The notes under the pieces were generated by a model, which saw only the letters and a list, made by a program, of their open reading frames with translations, ran no database searches and was not told the origin of the DNA. The position numbers and the translations under genes are program-made. Shown in pieces: positions 37,857 to 51,661 of a stretch of 64,000 nucleotides of DNA (position 1 is its first letter; each line of letters starts with the position of its first letter). Source of the stretch: the human T2T-CHM13v2.0 reference genome, Homo sapiens; NCBI RefSeq assembly GCF_009914755.1, contig NC_060929.1; one strand, given 5' to 3'.

Positions 37857-37857
<1 letters not shown>
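37126..37857. repeat. AT-rich low-complexity tract with palindromic (TATATACG/TATATACATG) subunits, ~730 bp
   Basis: Direct inspection. Confidence 0.95.
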
Positions 37858-38201
<344 letters not shown>

Positions 38202-39149
38202 TAGCATTTTTTTTCCTTTTGGTTTTAAAAAATGTCTTTTGTCTTGTGTTTCCTACAAGAAATCTGTATTGTTTTCGTTGTTTCTTGGCCTGTCATTAAT
38301 CTCTTTTCCTCTGATACTCTTAAGATATTCTCTTTGTTGCTGGTTTTCAGCAATTTGACTGTGATATAACTTTTAATTTCTTCCTGTTTCTTGTGCTTTG
38401 TTTTGTTGAGCTTCTTGGATCTGTGGTTTTATGTTTTTCCTCATATTTGAAAAACTTTTAGACATTATTTCTTAAAGTATTTTCCCCCTGCCTCTGCTCC
38501 TACAGGGCCTCTGCTTACACATATGTAAGGCCGATGGAACTTCTGCTGAAGCTCACTGATGCCCTTTTCTTTTCGTTTCTTTATCTTTTTTTTCCTGTGT
38601 TTCACTTCATGTAGTTTCTGTTGCTGTGTGTTCAAATCCATTAATCTTTTCTTCGGCAATGCCTCATCTTCCATTGATCTAATCCAATGTATTTTTCTTC
38701 TCAGACATTACACTTTTTGTCTGTAGATGTTTGACAAGGATCTTTTGCTATCTTCCATGTCTCTGCCTTAACATCTTAATCTTTCCTCTAGCGACTTGAA
38801 CACGCGGAATAAAGGTGATCAACGGGTTTAATGTCCTTTTCTACTAATTCTGTCATGTCTGTCGCTCCCCGGTAAGCTCTGGGTGGTTTTCTTCCCATTG
38901 CAGGAATTGTTTCCTTGCTTCCTCGCATGCCTGGTAATATGGATGCACGCAGTGTGCGTTTCATCTTGTTTGGTGATGTATATTTTTGTGTTCCTAAAAA
39001 TATTGTTTAGTTTTTTCCTGGGAAACAGTTACATTCCTTGGAAAAACTCGATCCTTCTGAATCCTGTGCTTGGGCTCCAGTAAGTGGGACCAGGGCAGGG
39101 GTTGATCCACGAGGAAGGTTTTTTCTCCGCTACTGAGGCCAGACTCTTC

Positions 39150-39549
<400 letters not shown>

Positions 39550-39583
39550 CTACTGAGTACTCCAGTCAATACCTGGTGAATTA

Positions 39584-39918
<335 letters not shown>

Positions 39919-40679
39919 ACCTGGTGAATTAGAAGCTTTTCTGCTCTGGCTAATTAGAACCGGCACTATTGCTGTGGGAACACCATTCCTTCCAATCCTA
40001 TTGGGTTGTTCTTATTTGGACCTTTTCCTGTAATCCAGTCCTTTTTCTGACACACATGCCGACCAGCCATCAGCCACATATCCTGAAGCCCAGTTTCCAC
40101 ACAGTTCACTCCTCCAGTGCTTTCTCAGACCTCAGCCACCTTGGCCTCCCTGGTCTCCAGCTCCATCTCCTCGCCCCAGGGAGACGACCAGGTCCAGCCT
40201 CAGGTGGGCACCATTGCCCGGACAGTCTTCCCAGGTAAGCGATTGTAGGCTTGCCGCATTTGGCTCCTGCCTTTTGAGGTTCACCTTCTTTCCTTGGCTG
40301 AGCTTCAGGATCTTTAGGGCTGTGATTTCATACATTTTGTCTAGTCTATTGTTGGTTGTGTTGTCATGTCAAATGGGAGGACGAATCCCGTTCCTGTTGC
40401 TTCATTTTGTCCAGAAGTGAAAGTTCCTAGAACAAGGCTAAAGATTAATGAGCTCATTAACCAGCTCTAAAGGTATGAAATGAAATATGAAAATAGACCA
40501 ATGAATGTACAAAGAAACAAGTAATGGATCTGAGCAGAAATTAGTGAAGGAGAAAACAAAATATCAACAATCAGCAAAGCTAAACATTTAACATTTACTC
40601 TTCTAAGAAAAACTAATAATAATGAAAATGACAAAAACAGGTCATTCCAGAAAAATAAAGATACAAGTAACTATGTAAG

Positions 40680-41800
40680 TGATGCAGGACACGCAAGCCC
40701 CAAAGTGGGGCTTAGCAGGTGAGGGTTCTTGGCTTCACTCAAGGATGAGCCAGTGGTAGTGTTACCAGTGGAGGTTGTCCAGGTTCTTGGTGTTTTGAAC
40801 TAAGAATTGGACAAAATCCACAAAGCAATGAAAAAAAAAAGCACAGATTTATTAAAACAAAAGTACACTCCACAGAGTGGGAGTGGGCTCAAGCAAGTGG
40901 CCCAAGAGCCCAGGTACAGAATCTTGGGGGTTTAAATACCCTCTAGAGGTTTCCCATTGGTTACTTGGTGTATGCCCTATGTAAATGAAGTAGTGACCCA
41001 CAGTTGGTTGGCTTGGTTGTGGGAAGCGAACAATCAGAGGCTGAATTGAAGTTACAGCATTATATTCCCATACAAATGAAGACTTGGCCCACGACCAGTC
41101 TGATTGGTTGCAGGAGGGGACTCATCAGAGGTACTTTCAATTTTTCATCTGCCACTCAGAAAAAAGGGGGAGGTATTGCAAAGGGAATAGCTTCTGGTTC
41201 TTTGGTAACTTGGGCATGGAAAGTTGGGGTTTTCCTTTTGATTTCGTTCTAGGAAGTCAGCGTGAATCAGCCTTAGGTTCCCTGCCTCCAGACCCTATTC
41301 TCCTGCCTCAGTAGGGTGGAAGGAAACAGCTGTATGGAAGCAGCAGGGTTACAGGTCAGGCAGTGTGACAGCCCCAGGACTGCTCCCGTGGGGCAGGGCT
41401 CCCCACAGGCGGCGCGCTGAGGGCAGGGCTCCCGAAGTCAATGCGTCCAGGGCAGGGCTCCCCACAGGTGTTGTGACAGCCCCGGGGCTGCTCCTGCCAG
41501 GCAGGGCTCCTCATAGGTGGTGTGCTGAGAGCAGCAGCTCAGGGCAGGTCTGCAGTCAGGTTTGTACCCACTTTTAATTACATGTAGACTAAGGGGCGGT
41601 TTATGCAGAAATTTCTAGGGAAGGGGTAGTAACCGTTGTGTAGTGGGGTCATTGCCATGGAAGTGGGTGGTAACGCCTGGGGGTTGCCACGGCAATGGTA
41701 AACACTGGTGGGTGTGTCTCATGGAAAGCCGCTTCCGCCCTGGCTGTGTTTCAGCTAGTCCTCAATTGGGTCTGGGGTCCAAGTCCCACCTCTGATCTCA
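40680..41800 (-). mobile_element. ERV1 solo LTR (MER66-like), split by a second LTR
   Basis: TG...CA ends flanked by 4-bp TSD taag (40676-40679, 41801-41804); subfamily from memory. Confidence 0.75.
40760..41310 (-). mobile_element. ERV1 solo LTR (MER51-like), nested
   Basis: Minus strand begins TGAGGCAGGAGAATAGGGTCTGGAGGCAGGGAACCTAAGG; 4-bp TSD gtag (40756-40759, 41311-41314). Confidence 0.85.
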
Positions 41801-41808
41801 TAAGAAGT

Positions 41809-42216
41809 TGTTACGGATTGTACTGTGTCCTCCCCAAAATCTACGTGTTAAAGTCCTAACCCCCAGAACTTCAGAATGTGCCCTTATTTGGAAATAGAAT
41901 ATTTGCACGTGTGATTAGTTAAGATGGGGTCATTAGGGTGGCCCTAAGCCAGTGACTGGTGTCCTTATAAGAAGGAGAAATCTGGACACAGAGACAGACG
42001 GGCATCAAGGGAAGATGATGTGAGGACACAGGGAGAAGACGGCCATGTACAAGCCAAGGAGAGGCTGACACAGAGCATCCCTCGCAGCCTCAGAGGGAGC
42101 CAGTCCTGCCCACACCTGATCTGGGACCGTGGCCTCCAGAACTGAGTTGGCCAATGTCTGCTATTGAAGCTGCCAGCCACAGTGCTTTGTTGTGGCCGCC
42201 CCCACAAGCTCACACA
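41809..42216 (+). mobile_element. MaLR solo LTR (MLT1B-like)
   Basis: aagtcctaaccccca, ttatttggaaatag, gactggtgtccttataagaag and ggcctccagaactg hallmarks. Confidence 0.8.
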
Positions 42217-42301
42217 GGGGTGGAGAAGCAGACGTTGCCACAGGTGTCACGTAAATCAAGACAGTGCTATGCCAATGTCATGCCAAGGCAGTTGATATTT
42301 G

Positions 42302-42726
42302 GGCCAGGCGCAGTGGTGCACACCTGTAGTCCTAGCACTTTGGGAGGCCGAGGTGGGTGGTGGATTGCTTGAGCCCAGGAGTTTGAGATTAGCCTAAGCA
42401 ACATGGCAAGACCCCATTGCTACAAAAAAATACAAAAATTGGCTGGGCATGGTGGCTCAGGCCTGTAATCCCAGCAATTTGGGGAGCTGAGGTGGACAGA
42501 TCAATTGAGGTCAGGAGTTCAAGACCACCCTGGCCAATATGGTGAAACCGCCTCTACTAAAAATACAAAAATTAGCCAGGTGTGCCTGTAGTCCCAGCTA
42601 CTCAGGAGGCTGAGGTGGGAGGATCGCCTGTGCCCAGGGAGGTTGAGACTGCAGTGAGCTGAGATTGCACCACTGCACTCCAGCCTGGACAACAGAGTTA
42701 GACCTTGTCTTGAAAAAAAAAAAAAA
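42302..42726 (+). mobile_element. Alu composite: left monomer followed directly by a full Alu
   Basis: Two successive left-arm starts (42302, 42441), then right arm and poly-A. Confidence 0.88.
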
Positions 42727-43720
42727 GACAGTTGTCATTTTAGGTCAAACGGACAAATTCTTTAAACAAAATATAATAAAACATCAAGGGGAAATAGAAA
42801 ATCTGCATGGTATTATTATCACAGAAGTTACAAAAATTAAAACAGTAGTGAAAAAAATATCCCACAAAGGAAACCGCAGACTTAGGCGGTTTCATCAGTT
42901 GCATCCACAAATGCCTTAGGGGATGATTTTAGACAACAGACAGGAGGAAATGGTCTCAGCCTCACCGTCCGTGGCCACGGCAGCTTCAGTGAGCCAGCCC
43001 TGCACAATCAGCTCTGCAAGGTGTGATTGGAGGGAACAGGAAACAGAAAACACAAAGAGAAGCCACCCAGAGGGTTGGTGAGGATACAAAGGGTTTTCAA
43101 CGCCGCTAGTCAGCAGGGAAATGCACATTTAAACCGCGAAAAGGCTCCACTACACACCCACCAGAGTGGCTAAAATTAGACAGCAGCATTGTGTGCTGGA
43201 GAAGGGGTGATGCCATGGGGCTCACATGCCACAGTGCACAGCCAGAGTGGCACAGACCCCTTAGAACACGGGTGACATGTACTGGAGCTCAGCACACATG
43301 CACCACAACAGCCATGTCCCCCCTGGGTCTGTGCCCAAAGGCAGGCACAGCCACGTGCATGATTTGATCCGTAACGGCCCCGGTTCGTGCCATGGAATGC
43401 CACATGGAAGAAAGTCACAATGAGCACCGCTTGCGACAACACAGATGGACGCCAGACAGAGCCCAGCCCGAGAACCTGGGTACCAGAGCTCCCAGCATGA
43501 CTGTTCATGTGTGGGACTTGGACCCGGTGACCCATGGGCTGGGTTCACCCGCCTGGTTTCCACTGAGAGGGCCCCGTGGGGCCGGGGTCTGTCTGTAGCC
43601 TGACTCGGGTGCTTGGTGCTGGAGTCTGGAAGCATGCAGGGCTTGTTGAGCTGCACGGGGTGCATCTGCCATGACACTGTGTGGAAATTGTATAGCAACA
43701 AGTTTTTTAAAAGTGCCTGC

Positions 43721-44000
<280 letters not shown>

Positions 44001-44109
44001 GTGTCTGCCTCTCAGTGCACCAGCTGAGTCCAGCCAGCAGGACAGAAGCCACTGGGACATCACACTGAAGGTTCAACAAGGGAAATGGCAGGATGAGGGG
44101 GAGGTGGGC

Positions 44110-44530
44110 ATGTCCCCCCAGACATCCCGGTTCAGCCCCAGAACCGCGGATGTGATCCCACGTGCCAGAGTGGACTCGGTGGCCACCATCACACTTGGAT
44201 CTTGGATGGGAGATGATGCTGGGTAATCGTCTGGGACTGATGTAACCACAGAGGGTCGGGGTGAGAATCAGGGATATGACCACGGAGGCAAAGGTTAGGG
44301 TGAGGCGAAGAAGGCCACAAGCCCGGGAATGCAAGGAGCACAGCTCTCGAGGTGGAGAGCACGAGGAACGGAGCACCTGGAGCCCCTGGAGGGCAGGGCC
44401 TGCCCACACCCCAGTGGCCGCGCAGGGAGGTCTGGTCTGGACTCCTGGCCTCCAGAACCATCAGAGAACAAATATGCTGCTTGAAGCATGAAAGCTGTGG
44501 GGATGGTGGCCGTGGCTGGGGGACACTCAG
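44110..44530 (+). mobile_element. Old MaLR LTR (MLT1-like)
   Basis: aggccacaagcccgggaatgca, cctgcccacacc and ctggcctccagaac hallmarks; diverged. Confidence 0.6.
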
Positions 44531-47131
44531 GCGGTGGCTTTTCTGGGACCAGTGTCTCTGCAGAGGCTGCTGCTCTGAAAGCATGGTGGGCCACAGGGCG
44601 CCACACCCCCTTGGGTCCTGTGCCTGCTTCAGGAAAGGGGTAAGCAGTGTGGTATACGCCAAGACCTCCTCCTGGTTTCCCTCCTCCGCATGGATCACTC
44701 CTCGAACACAGCCCCTGCTTCGTCAGGGTTCCGTAGCCTCACCTATCGCAGGCTGCACCCCATCCTTCCTCCAGACCCCTGGCCTGTGGGGCTTACCGGG
44801 GCCGAGGCCAACAGACTGATCTCGTTGCCAAAGACCCAACAGCCACCAAACTGGCTTCAACAGGGCTATGTGTGGCAGGTACTTCACAGGGGGACGTGTT
44901 CTCATTTTCCTTGGCTTTCTAATAAACTCTGGTCTAAAGAAAATCTCTTCTATAAAATGAGTGGCCAGTGCCAAGGGGTAGAGACAGAAGCTCCTTCTGG
45001 ACACTGGCTGCTCCAGTAGAGCCCATCCTGCCCAGGTACGGAGCCCACCAGCTGCGATCAGGACACTGCAGTTCCACCGTGGGGGACCCCGGGCCCTCAC
45101 CTTGTCAGTCCTCTGTTTCAGCTTCGAGGGCTTTGACACAGTCTAAAATCCACAGGTACTTAGCGCATTTCTAAGTCCCACCTCATGATCAATCATAAGA
45201 CAGGGCTTTGATGGTATGCAGAAATATCAATGAAATCCAAGAGGAAAACAGAACTAAACTCATCGGGATGAATGACAGATAAACCCTTTAAGCATGTTTC
45301 AAGTCGCCCAGGTGGAGCCTCTGTTGGTCAGTGAAGCTTCAGGGTTCCCATGAGATGGATCTGCATGAGGCTCAGTCCTCTCTTGAAACACTGCCCATTT
45401 GCAGGAGCGCCGGCCCACAGGGCAGAAGTCAGACTGTCAGAGCAAGTGCCGGTCCTGAAGCTGGAAGGACTTTCAAGGCTCATTCCCCAAACTCATTTTT
45501 TTTTAAACCTCTGCTCATCTTAAAGAAAGGAGAGGCAGGCGCCCCAGAAACCTCTCAGGAGTAACTGACACACGTGACTTGCGGTGTCTTCAAAGGAACA
45601 CTCTGCAACTTGCTACTGTTTAAACAGAGCAAGACTAACAGTCACCAGCAGCTGGTTCACGCATTAAGGCCCTTTGCAGGTGAAAGAAAACGGCACTGGA
45701 GGGCCGACTGCAGAAGCAGACGCAGTGCACGGTGGACATCTGCCCCTTTTGGGGGCCTGCCACGGTGCTTCCTGAAAACTCAGGTTAAGCTGACTCTGCT
45801 GTCAGGCTGATGAGGCGCCTGCACCCACCTTTGCTCAGCACGCCAGCCCAAATGGAAGAGCAGGTGCTATGACAAAAATCAGTTCTTGTAGCAACTATTT
45901 TTGATACTGAAACTGAAAAGCGAGAGCAGCAAAGCTATCCACGGAGCTCCTGACAGTTAGGCCCGGCTTTGGCTGCTGATGCAGGGGCCGAATGACGCTA
46001 TTTCTGCAGCAGCCGGCCGCAGGCGCTGACCCACCGCGGGATGTGCCCCAGGAGGCAGAAGAAACGCTGGGAACCGCACCTAACCTTGCCAGCATCCCCC
46101 AGGCAAAGCCAGGCACTTTGAGTTCATCGGTGGAGTTGGGCGATACTCCTTTCCCGTTTGTGTGCTTAGCTGCTGCCAACAGGATGTGCTGGGTGAAGCC
46201 TTACAGAACACAGCCAGTTGTGTTTTATAAAGCAAGGCTCCCCTCCCCCAAAGACAAATAAAACCACAGGTGTGGAAGGGACACCCTCCACCGCACCCCG
46301 CCCTAGTAATCTGACACCGCAGGCAAAGGCACGGCCTGTGTGGGTAAGATCCATTGTAAACGTTTAAAACTTCCTGTTCCCTGATGCCTCAACTTCCCCG
46401 CAGACCGACGCACCTGTGATGGGCAGGGCCGTGTGACCTCGTGACCTTCACATACACCAATGAAGACCCTCACGCCTTCTGCTGTCTTTCCCCCACTGCT
46501 GACTTGCCTGCGGGCCCCCACTATCTGCCCTGCCTCTGGAGCCGCCTCCCGTGTGCCCCCCCAGGCCCCTTAAGGTGCTGTGCGTCCCATCTGGAACCGG
46601 CAGTTCACCCGCTCTCCCAGCCACCCTTCCAGACCCCACTTACAACACACGACTAAGTAACACAGTACAGGCCGTGTATTCGTATTTGTTTTCCTGTGCC
46701 AACTCATCTGGTATCTTCGTATTTTAATGAATAAAACTGAAAGATGACAACTTGAAGCCCCAGTGCATTCCTCTCAAATCGAGTGAAGTTTACAACACCT
46801 TAATTATAAAAGATTTATCTGATCCAGAAGAAAGCAGAGTGTACAGAAACTTCACTGTCATCTGCGAATGGACTGAGAGCATCTGGATTTGGTTCTCAGC
46901 CTGAATGAGCATCCTGGAATGGTGTGTCTCGTCCATTTACGTGGAGACACATGGAACAGGCCTGCAGGCTTGGGGCTCTGAGCAGGGCTCCCAAAGCCCC
47001 TCAGCTGCAAGGAAGCCAGGCCCATGAGAGGGGAGCCTGTTCCAGAAACACAAGAGGATGAAAGCTGTTATTGGCAAAGGAGACTTAGAGCAAGGAAATG
47101 ACCAGGAATAAAAAAAGATTATATATTTAGA

Positions 47132-47370
47132 GGCCAGGTGTGGTGGCTCATGCCTGTACTCCCAGCACTTCAAAAGGCCAAGGCGGGTGATCACTTGAGA
47201 TCAGGAGTTCGAGACCAGCCTGGACAACATGGCAAAACCACATCTCTACTAAAAATATTAATACAAAAAAGCTGGATGTGGTGGTGCACACTTGTAGTCG
47301 CAGCTACTCAGGAGGCTGAGGCAAGAAGATTGTGTGAACATGGGAGGTGGAGGCTGCTGTGAGCTGAGAA
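47132..47370 (+). mobile_element. Alu, 3'-truncated
   Basis: Left arm plus partial right arm. Confidence 0.88.
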
Positions 47371-47589
47371 CAACAAACCCCACAAAAACTAACTTCAACA
47401 AACATTAAACTTCACTACACACCGAGTCCAGCAGTTCTCCACCCATCTTTCTATTCCATTTCTCTCTCTCTGCCTCAACCTAGGGCAAGATAAGCTTGAC
47501 CTGATGGGTCATGGCTCTGTACAATAGTTTAGTCTTAAACAACTAAGATGCTACGTATCTAAGAACACTCATGACTCAAAGGCTTGCAA

Positions 47590-48208
47590 AGGGCTCTTTA
47601 AATTTGCTCTTTTAATGCATAAATAAATCCATATCATGTATTACTTTCTGGAAAAGGGTTAAACTCAAATATCCGAAATACTTTCATTATACCAGGTCAA
47701 GAAAAATGCCACAGCCAGAAAAATTTATTTTAAAATAGAAACATACATTAAGCTTTAAAACAACCAACTCTCAAACAAAAGAGGAAAGAGCCTTTGATCC
47801 CAGAGTCCATGCGGAATGAATTCCATACGTGTTTGAAATTCACATAAGGAGCACTTAGAAAACCACCTGAAATGGAAATCCAACAGCCCCCTTGCCTGTG
47901 AGGGCTCCCACCCCTGCCCGCGTGAGGACATGGCCGAACCCCGGACACTCGTGTGCCGGGAGCCACCACAGCTCAAGGTGACCGGCAGCACCCAGCTCTG
48001 TGACCAAGACAGATGTTCACACGTGGGGGCATCGTAAGCGCTACCAGCTCCAAATCTGACGTGATGGGAACTTGGGAGATGTCTGAGAAATGTCCGAAGG
48101 GATTTTGGCAACACAGAAAACGCAATGTCTAGGAATTCCTCCAAATGCTTCCAAAAATACTCATTGACAATTCAAGTTGCACTTGGCTGGCGGCAGCCCG
48201 GGCGGCCT
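47590..48208 (-). terminator. CLPTM1L: CLPTM1L 3' UTR with poly(A) signals AATAAA (47729-47724) and ATTAAA (47616-47611)
   Basis: Follows the stop codon; hexamers read on the minus strand; exact cleavage sites inferred. Confidence 0.7.
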
Positions 48209-48293
48209 TCAGTCCGTGTGGGGCGCCCGCGTGGCCTTCTCCTCGTAGGACTCCCCAAACTCGTTCACTCTGCGTTTATCCACAGGATAAAGC
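48209..48293 (-). CDS. CLPTM1L: CLPTM1L (ER membrane lipid scramblase) exon 17 coding part
   Basis: LYPVDKRRVNEFGESYEEKATRAPHTD-stop; CAG acceptor. Confidence 0.96.
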
Positions 48294-50457
48294 CTGCAAT
48301 GACACAAATGAGCACATCAGCAAACCCCACTGCAGGGGCTATTTTTCTAAGAGGAGGACTTGGCATCCTCGATTTATTTTCCAGTGAGCTGCCACAGTGA
48401 GCAAATTAACTAAAAAGTCGAATCCTCAGAAGTTTTACTGCCGAGGGCTGAGGAGGGATTTCTGAGTTGTGTTTTGTTCTGCATGGCCAGGCCAGCGTGC
48501 TGCTCTCAAGGAAAGGGAAGCTTGGCCGAAGGGACGACCCGGAGGCTGCACGGGCTGCCATGGCTGAAGGGGGGACCCGGAGGCTGCACGGGCTGCCTTC
48601 TGGGAACGGTGGCATCACGGAGACTCGAGTGATCAGAACAGGAACCGCTGTGTTCAGGGACCACGTCTCATCAGCTGTGAACACTTGGCAGGACACTGCC
48701 GCCGCCTTTGATCCTGAGCGCCCCGGAGGCCTTGCCAACATCACCCCTACGTATGGATGAGGAAGCTGTGGCATAAGGGGCAGCTCTACACGGCCGCGAA
48801 CAGAAGTACAGGGTTTCAGCTTAAAAACAGACCTGCTGCCCACCAAGGGCCCTGTGATCCTGGCCAAACACCGTTTGCAGGTCTGGAGCCATTAACACAG
48901 AGCCTGAGTACAGCACAGTTTCAGGCACGCCCCGGGCCACCTGCGAGGACTTGGGAGCCACTTGAAGGGCTCACAGTTGAGACAACCACACCAGGCGCAG
49001 CAGCGTCCGGGGCTCCGTGGCTTGGACAACCTCAGGCTCTGCAGGGGGCAGGCGGCCAGCTGGGGGATCTGAGAATGGTGAACGGGGGACAGGAACCAAG
49101 CCCCGTGTGAGTGTGAGTGTTGCTTATGGTGAAATAGCCCTTCCCGCTGACACAAGCTGGAGCTCCCGTGCAGGGGCTGCACGAGACAGCAACAGGGTGG
49201 GGGGGGGGGCAGCCGGCGGCCAGGCCTGGAGAGCTGGGCAAGGGCGGCCATGAGCCACTGTGTGGATGTGCCAACTGCACCCGAACAAAGAGTTAAACCA
49301 GGCAGAACCATGCCAGCCTCATGCTGGCTGGGACAGAGGCTCTGAACACCTGGCGAGGTTGAGTGTGGAGACAGGGCGGGGACGGGAGCACTGCGCTCCC
49401 CAAGGGCCGGCACCCCGGACCTAGGCAGGACCCGCCAGGACGGCCTGGGGGAAGAGGATCCCTCTCCTGCACTAGTAGGATGGCCCCAGGCCCTGAGGGA
49501 AGGGCACAGGGAAGTGTCACAGCCGTGGTGTGTGAGGTGGCCTCCTGGTCGGGGGAGGGAGATGGGAAAAGGGACCTTGAGGGCCAGAGAAAGGACACAG
49601 CCAGGAGGCTCTGAGACACTTGGCAGCAGGTCTTGGGGGTGACACACACTCCTTCGACCCCTGGACAAGGCCCTGGGGCCGGCACTGGAGGTGAGGGCAG
49701 TGCTTGCAGTGGTCCAGATGCAACCCTCCCGAGGGGAGCCCCAGATCCCTGGCTCCTACCCTGGCACAGCAGAGCTGGAGGGAGGTTTTGCTGACTGAGA
49801 GGGCAGATGTCAGCCCTGGAGGGAAGCGGGAGGCCCAGGGTGGGGCCTGAGCCTCTGCATTTAGAAAATTCCGAGGCCCGGGGTGGGGCCTGAACCTCTG
49901 CCTTTAGAAAATTCCACAAAGCCTTTTCCTCAGCCGTCAGCCTTCAACCTGAAGGCCAAGCTGAGAGGTCCACACAATGCAGTCTTCAGAGGCCCTGGTG
50001 GCTGGTTTAAGGGGTGCGGCCAATGCTGAGGTGAGTGAGCTCCCCAGTGACATTGTGCCCTGCAGGTCCACACTGCTGGCTGGACACTTCGAGGCTAGCG
50101 CCAAGTATGGATTAGCCATGCTACGGTCTCTGTTCTGCTCAATAGCAATGACTGTGAATAGGTAAATAAATCGCTTAAGGAGAGACATTTGCTTTCAGTG
50201 GCTCATCAATAATTCACATAGAAACGAGCATTTCTAAAGCACAGTGAGGAGACAGAGCTGGAACAGTTTCTTGCCAGGACATATCATGGGCAACTGGAAC
50301 CCAAGTTTAGGCAAGACAGGAAAAACCACCACCTGCAAATTATCTTTTCCCTCAAATGGATAAACAGGCGCAGGGTGCGGTGAAAGCCGTCATTCCGTTC
50401 AGCAGCAGCCACGCCGCTGAGACGGAGCAACGGCCGAGCATACGCAGCTGCACTCAC

Positions 50458-50573
50458 CACCGCTGGTACAGGTAGACCAGAAACACCACGTCGTCCCGGA
50501 AGCAGGCCAGCCGGTGAGACGTGGGCATGGTGATGATGAAGGCAAAGACGTCATCAATGAAGGTGTTGAAAGC
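50458..50573 (-). CDS. CLPTM1L: CLPTM1L exon 16 (116 nt)
   Basis: AFNTFIDDVFAFIITMPTSHRLACFRDDVVFLVYLYQR(W), a conserved CLPTM1-family motif. Confidence 0.97.
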
Positions 50574-50839
50574 CTGCAGGGCCAGACGGGAGGAGGGTGA
50601 ACCCCAGTTGCTGGGGCTGGAATCCTACTGTTTTTGGTAACCTAACCAAGCCAACGGCTTTTGGCAGATGCTTGGAACTAACTGGAACTCCTCACAGCAA
50701 CAACAAAAAGAGCAGAAAGCCGGCAAGTGGAGATACGGAGCTCTGTTCCCTCATGGGCTCCCCACAGCTGCTGGCACCCGACACACTGCGGGTCTTGCCC
50801 AGGCTCCCACATCGGGGAACCCAAAGAGAATGGCCTGAA

Positions 50840-50962
50840 ACCAGAGCCAAGGCTGGAGCCGCCCGAGACAGAGCCAAGGGCAGAGCCACCTGAGACCAGA
50901 GCCAAGGTTAGAGCCGCCCGAGACCACAGCCAAGGGGAGAGCCAAGGGCAGAGCCACCTGAG
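50840..50962. repeat. Short degenerate tandem repeat, ~28-bp unit, ~4 copies
   Basis: cagagccaagg...agccgcccgaga repeated. Confidence 0.75.
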
Positions 50963-51476
50963 CATTGCCCTTTCCTCTGGGAGCTTGTAATTGACTTCAG
51001 AAAAGTGCAAATCATGTCCCATTAACTCAGCTCCGCCTGCAATGCCGAGGCACTTCTAATCCCACACGGAGCCAAGGGGGCCTCCACAGCTCTGCCAGCG
51101 GGGAATGGCCACGGCCCATGGGGGCTTCCATTCCTGCCTGGGAGGCCTGAATCCGTTGTCCCCAGGCACCGGTTACTGAGCCACAGGGGGTCTGTGTCTT
51201 GACACATGTGCTAAGAAGAAACATAAACACTAAAAAAGAAAAAGAAAACCAAATCTGTGACAAGTGAGAGAACCACCCCAGTCTTTCAGGGTCTGAAGTT
51301 ACTCTATAGCTCTTCGCTTTTTTTTTTAAAGGAGCCTCCTCAATATTCTTCAATGAAAGGGACAGGTGCAGATGCACTCTGGGCAGAGATGGCCCCAGTA
51401 ATGCTGTTGGCTGGAAGACGCCCTTGCTCACGCTCTGCTCAGTGAGAAGGGATTCCTCACCGGCTGTCACACTCAC

Positions 51477-51521
51477 CTTGTAGGTGAAGGCCTTCCAGGG
51501 CAGATGTGCCACTGACTTCAA
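51477..51521 (-). CDS. CLPTM1L: CLPTM1L exon 15 (45 nt)
   Basis: LKSVAHLPWKAFTYK; CAG / GTGAGT. Confidence 0.97.
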
Positions 51522-51605
51522 CTGAAACAGGAGAGACAGGCCCAGGTCAGCTGTGGGCAGCACAGGAGACGGGGGCCGGGCCGCGGGCAGCACACACCGT
51601 CTTAC

Positions 51606-51661
51606 CTTGTAGTTCACAAAGAGCTGGGGCAGCATGAAGAGGAAACCAAAGGCATAGACCC
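51606..51661 (-). CDS. CLPTM1L: CLPTM1L exon 14 (56 nt)
   Basis: (G)VYAFGFLFMLPQLFVNYK; CAG / GTAAGA. Confidence 0.97.

Noticed and set aside
48533-48598. Two-copy repeat acccggaggctgcacgggctgcc in CLPTM1L intron 16
   Set aside because: Small local duplication with no functional clue
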